A stretch of DNA of 62,915 nucleotides, counting the filler, from Collodictyon triciliatum (taxonomy: Eukaryota), in NCBI GenBank assembly GCA_043381765.1. It is 4 parts of 4 records of this genome, joined end to end, with 100 filler letters (N's around TTAATTAATTAA, not from the genome) between each part and the next. Parts side by side here need not be neighbours in the genome. Positions count along the whole stretch, not along the records: positions 51,940 to 62,915 come from JBHJMP010001236.1; 3 more parts are not named here. One strand, given 5' to 3'. Numbering within the stretch: the stretch's first letter is position 1; each line of letters starts with the position of its first letter. Made by a program: the position numbers and the translations under genes. Below are positions 59,029 to 62,915 of the stretch, piece after piece. The notes beneath the pieces are model-generated. The model did no database searches and had not been told where the DNA came from. It saw nothing but the letters and a program-made list of their open reading frames with translations.

Positions 59029-62000
59029 ATTCACCATTGTCTTATTTTACCTTGATTCCCACAAGCCCGACAAAAACAAGGCCATTCTCGGGGTCGTCAT
59101 CTTCTCCAGGAATGACTGTCATCTCCTTATAAGCAATGACGATTGTTCTCAATCCTGCGAGTATAATATTTGAATGGACATATGAGCTACAATGAATAAA
59201 ACATTATTTAGAATATTGTATAAAAACGAGAGCATATAAAATGTGAACTCATAAAGGACCCATTTTTGCCATTCTGATGATATTGGAATTGATAGTCTCT
59301 TTGACTCCGTCTATGGGAAGGATTTCTCCGGCTCCGTTCAGATAGTTAACGCACAATCCCAGAACGATTTCAGACGCTCCCTTTAGATTATTTTTTTAAG
59401 TACATCTAAAATATGATCTGAATGACGAGACAGCTCGGGATTTATATAAAAAAATTTTTAAAAAAAAACTTACTTATGCCACTAATTCATATTTCAACAT
59501 ACCTTTAGATTCAGTAATAAAGAAATGGAATCGGTTTTACCTTGGTGTGGAGGCGGTAGGGTGTGGTCCCGTTAGGTAGTGTGACTAGAGTACTCATTCT
59601 TTTGCGAGCAGAAGTGAATGCGTATCTAAAAAATGTCAAGGATATACTAATATTTCTCTTGTATGAAACAGCCTAGATAAATTGAAATAAAAATCGATCT
59701 TAAAAAATCTTAAGGATACTCGACAGATGTCACTTTGGGTGTATCTTTTCGGAGTTGCTCATAATCAGCCCCAAGCTTTCCTGTCATAACCAACATAGCT
59801 CCCTCTGTAGAGCTCCCCACAAAGGTCTATATATTTGAATGAGAATCGAATCAACCCGTCAGGATACAAATAAAGCAAATGTTTGACTTTACCACATGAT
59901 TTATTGGCAAAAGTTGTAATGTATCTTACAGGGAAGCCGTTGGCAGATTCCCATTTAACGAAGCAAGTTGAATTGACACTCACACTCTATTTGTATATAA
60001 TTTTAGTGTTCCGGTATCTCATGTAAATGAAGTAAACATTAATGATGAGCAAATGAAGGCCTACTTAAACAAATCTCATTAACCAGACAACTCATGAATA
60101 CTTGAATGTGAATATCAAAACCTGTACAACCATAGCCTTAATGCGGTCAGGCATCGAAGTCGCAGTAAAATCGGTAATCTCAGTTTCTCCGGGAGTAAAA
60201 AAATTAGTGACAGTCATTCGATTTTCGGTCAAGGTTCCAGTTTTATCGGAACATATCTGGGTTGCACTTCCCATCGTTTCACTAGCATCGAGATGGCGAA
60301 CGAAATTTTTCTCTTCAATCATCTTCACCATAGAGTAAGCCAGAGAAATGGTGACTGCAAGAGGGAGACCTTCGGGGACACAAACGACAATGATTGTTAT
60401 AGAGACTACGAAGAAATCGAGAAGGTCCTCAAGTTTTGATGTTTTGAAATCGTCAGCCTCTCCAACCGCCCAGTTAATGGTCAGAGCAACAAACGTAACA
60501 AAGCCGGCTGCAAACCCAACGTATCCAATTTGGTTGGCGAGTGTATTCAGCTTGTCTTGGAGGGGTGTCTCCTCGGATTGTTGGTCATTGAGGAGCTTTT
60601 GGATTTGCCCGCCAGTGGAGAGAGGGCCCACCGTGGTCACCAACATCGTACAAGAGCCTTCGTTGACCTGGACATGATTTATTAGATTTTGTAAGTATTC
60701 CTCGTTTTTCTTTGGTATGCTCCCTCGCAGTTTTAGATTATGGATAAAGCACATCATTTTGATATTCATCAGGGTGGTGTTGCATTTCATTTGATTATAT
60801 CTTGGTATGTTATATTGTGCTGAGTTGAGTTTATAAAAATATTATCACGTTACGAAACCTGGCAGCCAGAAAACATAAAGGGCGATTCAGCGGACTTTTT
60901 TACGGGTAGTGATTCACCAGTAAGGGGAGACTCATCGATAGTGACATCTAGATTAGGTATTAGAAAGAAAAAAATTAGTCACATGGCCATACAGGCCGTG
61001 ATAAGTCATGATGGTTCAAAATTATGTGATAAATGAGTGCTCAAATCAAGAAATTACGAATTCCCTCGATGAACAATCCATCAGCAGGAACTTCGTCTCC
61101 TTGCTGCAATTCAATAACATCCCCGGCTAGAAGATCCCAACTCGATCTCTGGATAGTGATTGATATTGGATGATAGTAAGCTTTCATATATACCTTGATG
61201 AGCTCGCAGGGACAGTGCCCCAATCGTGTTATTATTATTATTGAATTTAGTAACCAAATTCTTTGATATGAAAACAAAGGAAAGTGATTTTTCGAACGCC
61301 CACGCACCTGATCTTTTATGCCAGCCCGAATAACTTTAACCTTCTTATCGCTTTGAAGAAGCAGAAGGGCTTTGAATTTTTTCTCCTTGGAGTAATCGTT
61401 ACCAGCAACCACCGTCACCACAATCACTACAGCCACTAATATCGCAACACCATCCATCCAGTCTCCTCCTCCATGTACAATACCAATGATTAAGGTAACC
61501 ATTGCACCAACAATGAGGATCTGAAGGATGCGATCTTCAAAGGCCTCTAATATGAGACCGAATATACTCTTTGATTCTGGGGGTGGAACTACGTTGACGC
61601 CGAATCTACGAGGATGAAAAAAAAATTAAAGAAACTTTGAGAACTTATTGACAAACATGATGGACCAATCAGTCATTTCGGGCACTTAGTTTATAAATGA
61701 AAGAGAACTAAATTGGTGAGAAACAACAACAAATAAATAAAATAAAATAAAATAAAATAAAAGGCGTAGAATTCGAGGTCTTGCGCTAGATCAAGACATA
61801 ACAAGCTCGATTTGTTTTCCCCGCTGTAGACATGGATGAAGGGAAAGGGAAAGGGAAAAGGGAAAAGGGAAAAGAGAAAAGAGAAAAGAGAAAAGAGAAA
61901 AGAGAAAAAAGAGAAAAAAGAGAAAGAGAAAAGAGGAAACAAAGAGAAAGAGAAAGAGAAAGAGAAAAAAGAAAGAGAAAGTAAGGGGCAGACTGTACTT

Positions 62001-62268
62001 ACTTATTCGCCCTGTTTACAATGTCATCCTCTGCTGAGAGGCCGTTTTTCAAACTAGTAATCAACTTCGAGGCCACGCCCTCAAGACCGCCGGCGTCTTC
62101 TAGAACGCGAACCTGGTCCTTCTCGTCACGCTTGTCAAAGTTTACGATCTGCAAAATCTCGTCCGGCGTGATGCCAAAGTCGATGGGGTTTGGCGCAACC
62201 TTTGAGGATACGGTGATTGCCACGTGCCCTTTGGAGGCTGTCTTTGTGGGCTCGCTGCTTCCTTGCAT
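55385..62268 (-). CDS. ATP2B: P-type IIB plasma-membrane/vacuolar Ca2+-ATPase (PMCA-like), multi-exon; C-terminal exons uncertain
   Basis: [64 protein letters not shown] (phosphorylated Asp); [70 protein letters not shown]. Confidence 0.95.
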
Positions 62269-62915
62269 GTCGCTAAGAGTGGTGACTCGGGTTGGAGGGA
62301 GAAAAGTGGGCGAGTTGCTGGGCGACTTTGTCTCAACACAAACACGGTCGAACGGGACAAGAACAAGGTCTCCGGCCTGCGACAACGGCGGTGGGAATAA
62401 AGCGGGAATGGGCGACTCCGTCCTTCACACGTGGTTGGCCAGAAGCTGATTCAGAGCAGGCTGCGAAGGACTACAGGTGCGGCTTCGATGTGGTGCGAGT
62501 TTCTTTGCTTGTGAAAGACCGAGGCGCTGTTGAACGGGAGAGAAACACACATATACAAATAAATAAATAAATAAATAAACATACACGAAAAGACGAAAAA
62601 AAGAATAGGCCGTGGTTAGATAAAGAAGGCCTTTGGTTCTCTGGTCCCTTCTTTTTTTTTTTTTTCTATATTCCTTTGAAGCAGGGGGGTATGTGTTAAG
62701 TTGCGTTCAAAGAGATCGTTCTATCCTTGAAAAGAAAAATAATCAAAAGTTCTGGATTCCAGTCACTCAGAGAAAGGAGTTTGAAAGACATCTTGCCCTA
62801 TGGGACAGATGAAGGCGGCGAAAATTCAACCATAAACACTGCTAATAAGAAGGAGGAGAAGGAGTGGTTAAGTATAAAAAAAAAAAAAAAAGAAAAAGGG
62901 CGGGGAAAGGAGGGG

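Overview
AT-rich, intron-rich genomic scaffold from a eukaryotic microbe (protist-like, exact taxon not determinable), with many microsatellites and N-gaps. Three artificial 100-bp N44-TTAATTAATTAA-N44 linkers at 23958, 44835 and 51840 mean adjacency across them is unproven. Host genes are: an unknown spliced gene running off the left edge; a ~15-kb receptor kinase (signal peptide, twice-repeated Kelch/CUB/Cys-rich ectodomain, TM, TKL kinase, class III cyclase, second TKL kinase); a Sip5/GW2/DA2-like RING ligase; DEAD-box helicase DDX52/ROK1; three tandem intronless multi-pass membrane paralogs of unknown family; an SLC35C2-like transporter; a claudin-like tetraspan; and a PMCA-type Ca2+-ATPase. 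Two mobile or viral islands stand out. At 2.06-5.8 kb, two non-LTR retrotransposon 3' ends abut a decayed Fanzor1 (eukaryotic TnpB-like RNA-guided nuclease) element that keeps a strongly base-paired putative omegaRNA end. At 46.2-51.8 kb, a probable DIRS-type retrotransposon remnant lies beside a decayed endogenous Polinton-like virus fragment (double-jelly-roll major capsid gene, small membrane ORF, inverted repeats, short telomere-type repeat). All family assignments come from motif recognition by eye; no searches were run.
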